This document shows, in pieces, positions 1 to 11,851 of a DNA stretch of 64,000 nucleotides (within the stretch, counting starts at the first letter, position 1; every line of letters begins with the position of its first letter). The stretch spans positions 1-64,000 of the forward strand of contig NW_020846126.1 in the NCBI RefSeq assembly GCF_003704095.1, written 5' to 3'. The position numbers were made by a program, and so were the translations under genes. This DNA comes from Pocillopora damicornis (taxonomy: Eukaryota). The notes under the pieces are model-generated. The model saw only the letters and a list, made by a program, of their open reading frames with translations, was not told where the DNA came from and did not search any database.

Positions 1-726
1 TGGTTGCTAAAAGGAACAAATAATTACAAGTTATTGCCAAGTAGAAGGAAGAGGAAAACGCAAAATAACAGAGGAAATAAAATCGGACAAGGAAAGTCAC
101 TTACAAACGTCGTGTGACTTGCGAGCATGAAGGACGGAAAAACTAAAAGATTATCGCAGTGAAGGAATCGATGTTAACATAATGCACTCTGATACTCCAA
201 TGTTCAATTTTTTTGAGAAACTTTTACGAATGAAATAAAACAAAGCAGAATTATGCAAAAAATCTAACAGAATACAAATCGCCGTGAGTGAAAAGAATGC
301 GAAAACAATAAGAAAAATGTGCGTGCAAAAACACAAAAATGTAATTAGTAACGTAAAGGGAAAAAAATCACCAAGTGGGAATGCCGCAGTAACATAGCCA
401 ATCAGCTGCTGGCACGTCACTCACCTTGAACGGCAAAGCCTTCACGATTCTCAATACAAGGTAGTTTGTCGGAACTTTCTCGGATTGTGGCGGTTAAAAC
501 ACTAAAAAAATCCGTATCGCTGAAGTTCAAACTTTCCTAGAAGGGGAAAAAATAATTTACCAAAAGATAAACCGAAAAATAAGTATTCAGTGGCTTTGGT
601 GTTGGCATTTCTCGCGGCTGAGAATGAAAATCGTCAACTGGAAGATTTGCCATTGGCCGATTTTGGCCGTTTACCTGAAAGACTTCTTTCTGTCGTTAAA
701 GACAAAGTCAATAAATGAGAATTTTT

Positions 727-826
727 NNNNNNNNNNNNNNNNNNNNNNNNNNNNNNNNNNNNNNNNNNNNNNNNNNNNNNNNNNNNNNNNNNNNNNNNNN
801 NNNNNNNNNNNNNNNNNNNNNNNNNN
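727..826. other. Assembly gap (100 N)
   Basis: Run of exactly 100 N, typical of a gap of unknown size. Confidence 0.99.
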
Positions 827-1713
827 TAACTGATTTTACAATTTAATTAGTTGTTTTGTGTCTTTTGTCAGGTTAGCCTCTCTGGCAGGTTTATGTCTAT
901 TTCTCAGTGTTTTCTCCTCAATAAATGTGTTATCTTTTGTAGATAAGCTATTCCACCAGGACGGGATGAGGGAGGTTCTACAAAGAAAACATTGTTCAAT
1001 ATTACAATTAATGAAGAGGTACATTTATCAAATATGACTCAAAGCTCCAGTTTAGAAATACTGCTATGAGACCACTACAAGCTCACACATTAACTTATTG
1101 ATTTTAAAGCAGAAGCAGGATTTTCATTTTCCTGAGCACCAAAGTTGGTAGTAAACTTACTTTTAAAAGTAGTAAATACTCATGAACTTCTCTCTAGCTT
1201 ACACTCCAGCCAGGATCACTTGTTTCTGGCCAATAGCTTTAAAGAAAATACGTCTAAAATACTGGAAGGATAACCTAAGCTCCAGAGTTGGTAAAAAAAC
1301 TTACTTGTAAACATGTACACTTCCATGCATACTCCAAGGTCCTCCTCTCCCAGGGTCATGGGTCCTCTTCTAGGGTCATGGTGAGAAACATAGAGACATC
1401 TGCTAAATTCTTCCTTGCGAAATTTGGAGAATGTTATTGTAGAATTAAGTTACAGCTTTAGATACAACAGATTATTTCTTTATTTCAAGCCTAGAAAAGA
1501 CGCAAATTAAAGAAACAGCCAAATGAAATCTCAGGCTAATGACAAAGATAACGGCCCATCATGTAAACAAGATTTGAATTTACATCAAACAACGAAAACA
1601 AAAAAGGGCTCTTCGTCCGAAATATCCGAAAAGCAAAAGTTGCTTTTAAAAAGGGGCTTTTTGTCAAAATAACAAAAAAATTGCAAATCTTTGATTAAAA
1701 AGGGTATTACTGA

Positions 1714-1860
1714 TAGAGAATACATGGGCGCGCGTAGATATCAACTCGATAACTCACGAGTGAGCGCAGCGAGCGAGTGAGATGTCGCGTTGAACACGAG
1801 AAGAGAAATTCCATATCTACAAGTAATCATGTATTATTTTGTTTATCATATAAACCCAAT
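1714..1860. repeat. Palindromic interspersed repeat (MITE-like) fragment
   Basis: Imperfect hairpin tcaactcgataactcacg...cgagtgagatgtcgcgttga (1741-1793), flanked by tacatgg...gtagat / atctac...catgta inverted ends. It resembles an abundant anthozoan repeat (recognised from memory). Confidence 0.55.
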
Positions 1861-4800
1861 AGCCCTTTACTGACAAGAAAAGCCGACTTAATTAATTAAT
1901 GAGAATAAATGAATCGACAATCCCCAAATAACAATCGTAGAGTGCGTTGGCGCTAACTCTTAAGATAGAAAAACACGTTGAATCACGATTACAAAAACAA
2001 CAATGGTCGTAATTTTCAATTTACAAAATTCTCATTTATTTACTTTGTCCTTATCGACAGAAGAAGTCTTTCAGGTAAACGGCAAAAATCGGCCAGTGGC
2101 AAATCTTCCAGATGACGATTTTCATTCTCAGCCGCGAGAAATGCCAACACCAAAGCTACTGAATACTAAACTTTCGGTTTTTCTTTTGGTATATTGTTTT
2201 TTCCCCTTCTAGGAAAGTTCGAACTTCACTGTCTTTCAGCGATACGGATTTGTAAGTGTTTTAACCGTCACAATCCGAGAAAGTTCCAACAAACTACCTT
2301 GTATTGAAAGTCGTGAAAGCTTTGCCTCTTATTCATAAACCTGACCGAGTGGCGCCAAATGCGGGTGACGTTCAGCAGCTGATTGGCCATATCAACACAC
2401 GTGAAAAAATACGATTATTTTTTTTTTCAACTGTGTTGTTACGGGTTTTCTCAGGGCCGGAAATCCCTGTATATCACCGCAGTTTATGTGATAAAAAGTT
2501 TTATCACTCAGAGTGCTCACTCACTGAGCACGAACCACGCCATATTGCTGATGGGCAAGTTCAGCAGAGATGAAAGATTAGAGATGGTTCCCCGCACGAT
2601 AACACTTTCAAAGCACGATTTCAAGGGAGAGCATTTTTCCAATTTTATTTTACGACATGGCATGTCTACTGCTAAGTAGTTGACAACTTCTGGATAGAAA
2701 TACCATCGACCGAAAAGAAATAAAGGATTTATGAAACGAAGCTTCGATCTAGAACCACTCTTGAATATGTAAATGGCCTAGCTTCTTTTGAGAATTATTT
2801 CATAAAATTTTACTTGTTTTCATGAGCGTCGATAAACACTTACCTGCCAGAAATGATACTAATCGCGTCCCTTGGGTGTGACAAAACTGACGAGAAACGA
2901 AAGGCTTCTAAAGGAGGAGACACTGTCTTAAGGCTAATGTGACAAGAGTTGATCGCTGATGTTGAATTTCTCGAAGCTTGTGATAATTTCAAAAAATGCA
3001 AATGTTCAATTGTAGAGGAGAGAAAGTCCTAAAGTTTCTTAAGTGTACGAAGCACATTTAAGAAATGGTTTAATTTGGTTCAATTTTGCTGTGCTTGAAT
3101 TTTAGCATTATCTCATCAGTCTCCATGTAAGAATCTTCATTTTGTAAGATACTGAGAGGAGCTCTTTTTGTTTCTTTTATGAAGATGGGTTGCAGCCAGC
3201 AAAAACAAGCAAACTAAATTCATGTCCATGTGTCCCAGCGTGCAAGGCTTAATGTTTTTCAGAAAAAAGGGAATTGCAACTATTGACAAAAATAAATGAA
3301 CATTACATGAATACAATACATTCAAATATAAATGCAGTGTCATTATTTATTCAGGCAAACAAAGCAAAACAAAAATCATACTTCTACAACCTAATATGAC
3401 AGGGACTTCCACAAATCCTTGAATCAATGCCTGCGTAAGTTTAAAGGGAAAATCAGGGAAGGAATACATTTGTAACTTAATTTTAACTACATTTTATCAG
3501 GCCTGGACACTAACTTTCCGTCTGACTTTCTGCTGAGGAAAGTGACAACAATTTGACAATTTACTTTCCATGCTAATTTGCTGTTTCTCCAGAAAAGTTT
3601 CAGATTTGTCTATTTCTTGCCATAACCGAAGGTATTCATTTCGGCAACACACAACCATTGCCAAGCTGTATCCAATAGAAGAGTACTTCAGACCACTATT
3701 CTTAAGTTAATTTGTAAACTGTTACTGGGGCAACTTAGGTCTACTTAGCCAATAACACCTCTTTTCAGGCTTTGGTATGAGTCAGCAAGATAATTATTTG
3801 CACTTCTCTTTGTTCACTTCACTCAGGGTACATGGTTGCTACTTTCAACAATCTACTATCCAAGATCCTAACTACATTCACGCTTCATGTTACAAGTTTC
3901 TTTGTCCGTATTGATACAAAAATGAAATAAAAAAACCCATCAGCCAAGTTAATGACTAAACATTACTAATAGCAGGGTGATTAAGATGCATGAATTATCA
4001 GATACAGTCATCTTTTGTTGTAATATTAACCCAAAACATAAATGTTACATTATTTGCCTAGTTGTTATTCACACTTCCTCTTATCTGATTTGTAACTCTC
4101 CTTTTCAGCTATCAAACATTTTTAGTAAATCAACTATGGGCTGTGGTGTTACGACAGGATAACTTCGTTTAGCTGGTGAGTGTCTTTCTCCTCATAACCT
4201 CTTTAAAGGACAATGTACTGATGTAGTAAGGAGAAATACTTGTTACATTACTTTGTTTTATTGGGCTATTTATTTAAAAACAATGCTATCTTCCCCATTT
4301 CTCTTGCCTTACTTGCCATAGTGGCTAATCCACACATTGAAATCTTCTGTTGCCTAGTTGTGATAGTGTGTGTCAATGTCCAGCATTGCCCCCCAGTTGT
4401 GAACTTTCCAAAGAGGAACTTGATCTTTCAAACAATAGTCTCCAGATGTGCTTAAATATACTTACAGATACTGCATTTTTGTACCTTACTTAACAATCTG
4501 GCTGCTCATCTGCAAAATAACACCCACTTTCTCCATCTATCTGTCTAGAAGTGATGTATAAAGGTATCACTTACTCAAACAATATTTTTTTTTATTTCAG
4601 TTTTTGTGATAACCAGAGCAGCAGCAGTCATGTAATGTAATTCTTACCACTTGGGTGTCTGGAGGCCAAGTTGATTTCTAAAGGACAGCATCTATATTTA
4701 AATTTCCAGCCCATATGAGGACAATTTTTTAATGGTTGGGAAAGTCTTAACAATCTCAAAGCGCTGTAAGAAGTAAATTATTTAAATTCATATGGCTTTT

Positions 4801-5021
4801 CTACAGTCAGGCCATGAAAATACAGTTTCTGGAGCATACTAGCCTCTTCTTTAATCAAGAAACTATGCAATACAACTGTGTAATTATATTTCTTTCAGAA
4901 TGATTAACTAGTCTAAAAGTTTACATAAAGCCCTTTGTCCAAACTAGCTTGCTTTCTTGTTATTCCATATCTGCTGCTACAAGGACTTCTAGGAAGGAAA
5001 CACTGCGCAAGAGCAAACCTG

Positions 5022-8000
5022 TCAGCTGCTGAGTAAAGACTCAACAGCTCTTTCTGAATTCCAGGAATGTGTTGACAGGGCTACTAAACTTTGCATCTAT
5101 TTACAAAGAAAATAAAAGTAGACATTACAAAAAAAAAGAACAGAAAACATTCTCTGACTCTTTTAAAATTGACTACAACAGAAATATCAAAAATAACTGA
5201 AAACATTTTTCTAAGAGAACTTAGAATTGAATGGTTTGAGGTCCAAGGTAATATGCCTATGATAAATATAAACCAAACTTTGCTTAAGAGGACTAATAAG
5301 AGAGCAGAAGAAGAAAATTTCTTCATTGTATCAATTTTTTTGAAAAGATAACACCAAGTATTAAATAAGTCTATATTATTACAGTTGTGGTAAAATGCTG
5401 ACCTTGGTAAACCCCATTGAAGTCAATCGCAATATTTTCTGTTCAAAATCAACATTGTGCGAAGAGGGAGCTGGATGACCAAAAGTCAAAAGAAGAAACA
5501 TTAAGCAGAGTATAGTGAGAGCAATAAAATGCTTTTAAAAAAGGACTGGCCATAATGTCATGAATTTCCAATACACATTGATACTCATTGTAGTCTTTTA
5601 TTACTTCATTTGTAACACACAATAACTAGCGTCCTACTCTACACATCACTTGCCATGTGAAAACTTAGTAGTTGTAATTATTTTTAGTCAGTAAGGCTAA
5701 GTTAAATTAAAACATGAATCCTTACAGGTGTTAAATGTTTAAATGTAGTAATTTCAAATCAACAAAATTAATGTTGCCTCCTGGCACTGTACTCATCTGT
5801 ACTCAAATTTTGACTTTGATTTGAAACCTACCTCCAGCATATTCTTCAGCCCAGTGTTTTGCTGTCCTCCAGTACACTTCAGGGTGTTCTTTATACTTGT
5901 AAAACAACACAACGAATCATTAAAGAAGTTTGATAAAAATGACTAAGAAAACACAATTAAATCTACTGTTGATAATTACTTCCTAAGCTAACCAATCAAG
6001 CACATTAACATCAGTCAAAATTAACTGGTGTCAAGGTTCAAAAAGATAACCAAATTTTTGAAACCAAAGAGAGTTGATGTCATAAAGACTATAGCCAATA
6101 ACAAAAATCTGAAAAATTGATACAAAAAAGGAACAAATCTGCTTTATTCATGCAATTAGCAGTGATGACTTGATTTGATTGCTACAGAGCCAAATAAAAC
6201 CTTAGCTTGCATGAGCACCAAACCTGGCCTTGACACAATGTTATTAAACAGATTATGTCAATTACTAAGAATATGTTGAATTTGTGTAAAATGGTTAAAT
6301 AGTATAGTTTTCAGAGCATTCAACAAAATGATAGACTCTTAACATGTTTTTGTTGTTTGTTTTTTTTTTAGTCCCCTGACTATCTACCATCATTTATACT
6401 AAGTGTACCCTTAATTTCCAAGAACAGCTTAGAGAAAGCTTAAATTTACTTTAGGAGGACCAAACAATTGACATGTTGCAGTGAAGGACAAATGTAGCCA
6501 TAAACATTTTGGCATTGTTATTGGAAGCAAGACAGACTGAGACACAGAGAAATTTGGCATCTCCTTTGCAACAACAGACACTGGGCTCTCTAATGGTGTG
6601 TTTGGAATATTTTATGCTTAATATTACCTCAGTGACCTAACTACTGCACAATGAGACCATTTTACTATCTGTTTGTTACCTGTTTAGCTACAACTGCATC
6701 TTGAGGGTCGTCAGGCTCAGCTGCAGAGAGTAAAGCCTAAAGAAGACCATTGGCAAACCTCACTAAATTACATATACCTTTGGTATACTGGTAGGTATTA
6801 TTATTTTTCAGTCAAGTGAATGAAATTAGTTTTTGTCTTTTGAATGGAGTCCATTTATGCCAAAGTTTTGCTGTATAGCTTCTTATAAGTAACCCAAGAG
6901 AACTAAGACAACAAAATGTAAATCTGAAAACACTTCTGTAAAGAAGCATTAATCAACACTAAAACGAGTAAAAGGGCAGCAAGAGTAGATTGTATTAGCC
7001 ACAAATTGTCTCAACAGGTTCCTCTGTGATTGCAGTTAAGTTACTTTCATAAATGATTCAAGACATCTCTCCAGTATCAGGTATTTCCTTTTCATTTTTC
7101 TTATTTACTACAGATTGGGAAAGAAAGGAAAAGATCAGAACACTTATGAGTGGTAAGTGATGACACTTCCTAATATTCTTGGACTCTTTACTTTACTTTC
7201 ACACATAGCAAAGTGTTTTACACTTAATCATGAACTTGTCAGAATATACACAAATTCTCTCATTAAAATTATGCAAAATAAAAATTTTGGGATTTATGCC
7301 AAAGTTGAAAACAGTAGCTACCTCACCTGTATTGATAGGAGCACAGTACGCAGTGTCATAGCCGCAGCCCTGAAAAAATATGAAGTCTAGCCTTAATAAT
7401 TACACTGTTGCCCAAACTGTCAGCTTTATCCCCGAAGTCAGTTATTCGGAACTTTCACTAGTCTAAACTTTATTGACTGAGGAGAGTAGCCACCTCAAGG
7501 GGTGGTAAAGGTTACTTAGTAAATGACTTGTGTTGTTTCTGGATGAGAGTTTATGCCAATATAGGAGCAATTTACTTGTCTTCTATTTTTGGGAATGGCA
7601 GAAATACATTTCTGAGGTTGAAACTGCTCTTATCTGAGATCATGATGAATAGTTCTTACTCTAAAATATCTACTTGAGCAAAAAAGGGTTCAAAAGTGCA
7701 CCCAAAACTTTCCAATACTTTGTTTTTTCTTCTGAGTTTGCTGGTTAGGAGCTTAAAACATAAGTTATAATTCATACCACTGATCTTTTAAGATGTCCAG
7801 GCATATCACTCCTGTAACTGAACTGATATTTGGATGCCAAATTTTTGTCACAAATTGTACCTAACAAAAATGTGAATCTCACATAAGTCCATAACATAGA
7901 GGTGGTTCTTGAAATAAAAGAGAGAACTTGGAATTATCAACTGACTTGATAACAAAAATTGGCTACTGTAAAGAGTTTCAAAGTTGACATTTTGAACACT

Positions 8001-9391
8001 AGTCCTTCTGACCTTTGAAACATCAGCTTAAATTAACATACAGTGACTCACTTATGTTATCAACTCATTTGATAATACCAAATTATCTTGTTATACTCTC
8101 CCAACAATGCAGTATCACAGTTTCTAAAGAAACTTATCCCTTTATTCATTGAATAAAATAGCCTCACAAACTGTAAAAGCTCACATTGGTAAGCTCACCT
8201 TCGGTGGGTTAAAGGGATATGTTTCAGGGATGTTAATATCCAGTGTATAGGTTCCATCTGGGAAATAAAAAAATAAAATTAATGACAAAATACTTTTCTT
8301 GGTACACTAGAGATGATAAAAATGGAACAGTTTTGTGTGGACAAAAGGTAGATGAGTAAAAGCGCAAAATGTGTTGACCAATAACCTGGTGTGTGAACTT
8401 ACAAATACAGGTATATGCTCAGTGAATTATGAAACATGGAGCCCAAACAGTTAAAACCTTTGCCAATTCCTTATAGAGAGCTTGGTTCTATATTCCAGTC
8501 CTTTTCCTTTACACCAAATGCACAAGGCCTCTTTCACTCATAAAAACACAAATTAACCCTTGAGTTCTTTAAGAACTCAAATTTGCTTTAAAAACATTCA
8601 ACTGAAATAATTTAAGTCCTCTCTAAGGGTAACTTTCCCAAAAGACAGGCCACAAATGGATAACCCTAACTTCTTCACAAAGCTTCTTACTTTTCTGGCT
8701 CCATGTACATAAAAACAAGTTTGTTTAACTAAAGGTGTCAACCAGCAGTAAAGTGAAAGCTGTAAGCCATTACACAACTACACTACATTGGATCTGAAAG
8801 TTAACCAACAATGAAAATCGAACCAAACAAACCACTGATATTTCAGATTGGTAACATAGCTAGTTGCTGTAGGTTTCTTCAAAACAAACCTTTCCCGGAA
8901 GACACACTAATCTACTTTACTAATCACAACTTTACGAAATTTGCGAGGTTACCAATGCAACTGCAGTAAACACATTTTAGTAAGCTAATCGAGATTCAAA
9001 AAATAAAAACTTCACTCGTATTCTGAAGAGAAATTTTGAAAAACCAAAGTGTTCGTTATTTGTAAATGCACACGGGCATGTCCGCACTGTAACAATCATA
9101 CCTTCAAAAGGAGTGCCTGGAGGTCCAGCTATTTCGCCTCGCAGCCTTGTGTATGAGTTGTCTACCAGTTCAACTTTGCACTTCAACTGTTACTCAGAGA
9201 TATACGTCAAGATTTTATTTAGTTAAAAGCAGTCACGTGTAAAGAGAGTCGAACGATTTACACAGAAATTTCGCAGGTACAGAGGAGCAGTGCAAAACCA
9301 TTACGAAAGAAACAAACTAGGCACAAACCTCTTCGCTTTTGATGACCTCTTTGAATTCCCTCTGAACTCTCTTTATAGCAATATTAGCCAT
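5022..9391 (-). CDS. UBE2K: Ubiquitin-conjugating enzyme E2 K (HIP2/E2-25K), 9 coding exons, about 198 aa
   Basis: Exons 9391-9329, 9186-9102, 8257-8199, 7860-7778, 7369-7327, 6736-6680, 5895-5832, 5470-5403, 5096-5022; all GT-AG, phases consistent (597 nt). Translation [21 protein letters not shown]...[22 protein letters not shown] (catalytic Cys)...[12 protein letters not shown], with a C-terminal UBA (LTSMGF...[11 protein letters not shown]). Confidence 0.96.
7930..8150. repeat. Decayed copy of the interspersed repeat also present at 26337-26530 (opposite orientation)
   Basis: 8088-8148 gttatactctcccaacaatgcagtatcacagtttctaaagaaacttatccctttatt matches the reverse complement of 26337-26397 aataaagggggtaagtttctaaagaaactgtggtgctgcgtcagtgggagagtataac. 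Confidence 0.7.
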
Positions 9392-9562
9392 TCTAAATTT
9401 TTTTACAATATTTGAACAAAAAAGGGTCGAAAAACAGTTTAGTTCACGCACGGGTCCACATTCTTGTCCCCAACTTCTTCTTTACAAATCAAGGCTTTTA
9501 CAGGAAGTCACAGGGAAGGTATACGCGCGCGCGGTGACATGGGTAGAAAGACCAGTCCCGCG

Positions 9563-9598
9563 CGGTTGTTCTCTCGGTTGTTCTCCCGGTTGTTCTCC
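9563..9598. repeat. 12-bp tandem repeat x3 (cggttgttctcY) in the UBE2K upstream region
   Basis: cggttgttctct cggttgttctcc cggttgttctcc, about 170 bp upstream of the UBE2K ATG, beside a CpG-rich patch (9525-9565). Confidence 0.85.
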
Positions 9599-10156
9599 CT
9601 GTTTTTCTTAAGTACCAGTCGCTGTTAACGTTTGTGGGAGGTCGGAGGATTTTCTTTTAGAGGGAAGGGTCATATGGTTTTCAGAGGGAAATGAAGGGGG
9701 TTCAGTAGTCGTCAAAAGACAGCGACCATGGAAAATTGATTAGTGATTAACTGTCAATGACGAGGGGATCACAATCACTATCGCGATTATGCATGGCAAC
9801 TACTCTGCCACTTCTTGCGTCTGTGGCAACTTTTTGCGGTTCTAGCAACTTCGAGCAATTTTTGAGCGAAACATAGGTTTAGAGCACGTATCAAGCGTAA
9901 AAAATTCAATGATTTTCAATGAAAAACTGACACATAACCTGTCAGCTGACAACGTTTTGCGGGCCTTCTGCGATCTTTATATAATATCATACCGGATAAT
10001 TGCTTAAAAGGGCGTTCGGTAGTACGTTAAATGAACCATGCGTTCTGTTTCATATTAGACTTAAGTATCCTTGAATTTCGTCAATCTTTCCGAGAAACTC
10101 TTAAAAGCTAAGTTTCAAACTATTTTTCTTGACTGATGTCAGCAATTCAGTTAGTA

Positions 10157-10460
10157 TTGTCACGAGCGTGGGACAAAGAGAAAATTCTGGCTGCCCATGA
10201 GGAATCGAACCTACCACTGAGCCTCTATGGTGACCAAGGCTTATTACGAAGTTCATATATGATACGTATCCTGCATACTGCTAGGATCAGCAATGTCGTT
10301 AGTGTCATGTTTTTGTTAATAGAAAGATGGTAAGTTTTCAACTCGACAAAGAAATGAAGAAAGATGTTTTTTCGTCTTGTCACGAGCGTGTGAGAAGGAA
10401 AAAAATTTTGAGTCCCCATGAGGAATCGAACCTCAGACCGTAATTCGGATTCCGCGTTCC
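10157..10460 (-). mobile_element. tRNA-derived SINE-like repeat, about 1.4 tandem units (period about 220 bp)
   Basis: The segment ttgtcacgagcgtg...aaaatt(c/t)tg...cccatgaggaatcgaacct occurs at 10157 and at 10377. The minus strand reads GGTTCGATTCC (Pol III B-box / tRNA T-loop). No complete cloverleaf. Confidence 0.75.
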
Positions 10461-11212
10461 GCTTACCAATTTCTTATCCTTTTTACAATAATAACAAAGT
10501 AGGTAATGTAGTTGGTCAAGACAGCTGATAATTTTCAAGCTCCCTGCTAATGCTTGTTGCAAAGCAAATGTTTAGCTTTCTAAAAATTTTGTATATAAGC
10601 ATTTTCCGATCAAAACGCGTGTAGCATCTTAATGCTTTGGAGAAATAACATTTCTTGCGTGAATTAAAATTTGACTAGATATTGAGCGCTACCTAAAGAG
10701 TAAAATAGCTAACAGTTTATGTGATTTTCAGTTCATCGGGATTTCAATAAATGGAAATACATTGGAAATTCAGCACTGTTTTTACTCAAACATCATTTCC
10801 TTTGTGGGTGAACCGATACAAATGAGACTCTTCTAAAGAAGTTCATAAACAATATTTATTTGCAGTCAGCCTGTGGCCAAGAGTGTCACTTCTGACTTAA
10901 ATCATGCTACTCAGGAGAAGTCCACAAGTGTTTTTTTCAGAGAAGGCATAACCTAAGAGACTGCGCACGCCTGCCCTTCCTCTCCCTTGGCTATACCAGG
11001 CACTACGAAGAGGGGTGGCAAGAGCACTACCACTTGTCCCCACCGATTAAAACGCTGACTACCTTCGCTGCGCATGTGTCAAGTGGTCCTAAGCACTATT
11101 ATTAGCGGCTATGGCATCATAGCCTCGTGTAATCCTTGTATGCAGCCAACACAGAATTCTGGGATAGGATTTCGAAGAAGGCAGTGTGAGTTAATATGAC
11201 ATTAAGTGTTTG

Positions 11213-11851
11213 CTATAACATTGCTAAAACGTTCCTCAACTTGTCATTGATTTTGCATCCTTCGAGTTTCCAGCGCAAGGCGCAGAAGTCAGTCTCTTCT
11301 AAAACCATACGTCTCTCAGTTTGATCATGCTGCATGGCTAAGCTATAGCAGTAGTACAAATACCGCTCAGAGAACGCTGCCACAGCCGTAAACACATCCA
11401 GGTCAAATGCACGCATGGATTTCTCGATATCCAAGAGTTCGAGAATAGCATTTACTTGTGCGACGTTGATGGACTGGGCGTAAAGATCTCGGAGGGCGCT
11501 TTGGAGTTCTCTCTTGTTAATAACGCCGTCCCTATCTCGGTCAATTTTAATGAAATAATGTCGATAAAGAGTCTTGCGGCGACTGTTAACACGGCAAAAC
11601 TGAGATACGTATTGCAAAGGAGACAGCTGCTCAAGAACAAGCATGTCCATTGGAAGCTCAAAGCGACAACTTTGCCGTGATATAGAGTGGGGGCCTTGTA
11701 ACCAAGCTTTACTACTGTCCGACTTGACCCGTTTACTTTCTTCTTCCTCAAGACCTCCCATGATCTTAAGCGCTTCCACCGACGGAGTGCAGGATCCTGT
11801 CCCACTCTGTGAAGAAGAAGATAGGGTTCGGGAGAAGATTTGATCACCCAT
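11213..11851 (-). CDS. Uncharacterised EF-hand domain protein (about 212 aa, single coding exon)
   Basis: ORF with a canonical EF loop DRDRDGVINKRE and a degenerate second hand. Likely ATG at 11851 (gcaactATGg), just downstream of an acceptor at 11861-11862 (5'UTR intron). AATAAA on the minus strand at about 10856. Confidence 0.75.
   Translation of the reverse strand: MGDQIFSRTLSSSSQSGTGSCTPSVEALKIMGGLEEEESKRVKSDSSKAWLQGPHSISRQSCRFELPMDMLVLEQLSPLQYVSQFCRVNSRRKTLYRHYFIKIDRDRDGVINKRELQSALRDLYAQSINVAQVNAILELLDIEKSMRAFDLDVFTAVAAFSERYLYYCYSLAMQHDQTERRMVLEETDFCALRWKLEGCKINDKLRNVLAML

Noticed and set aside
2003-2679. Cluster of short plus-strand ORFs
   Set aside because: No recognisable domains; adjacent to repeat-derived sequence and probably decayed transposon DNA.
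2838-2860. ACTTACCTG resembling the U1 snRNA 5' end
   Set aside because: The following sequence does not match U1; it is just a minus-strand splice-donor-like string.
4500-5021. Possible intron in the UBE2K 3'UTR (TGACAG|GTTTGC just after the stop)
   Set aside because: The donor is weak and no acceptor can be assigned without transcript data.
9563-9598. CRISPR-like repeat array
   Set aside because: Eukaryotic context; 12-bp units with no spacers.
10395-10460. Possible tRNA gene (GGTTCGATTCC B-box on the minus strand)
   Set aside because: No complete cloverleaf; the motif is duplicated and embedded in a SINE-like repeat.
10948-10956. TAACCTAA as a telomerase RNA template
   Set aside because: Matches the arthropod TTAGG repeat, not the TTAGGG expected for a cnidarian; no downstream pseudoknot or H/ACA organisation is evident.
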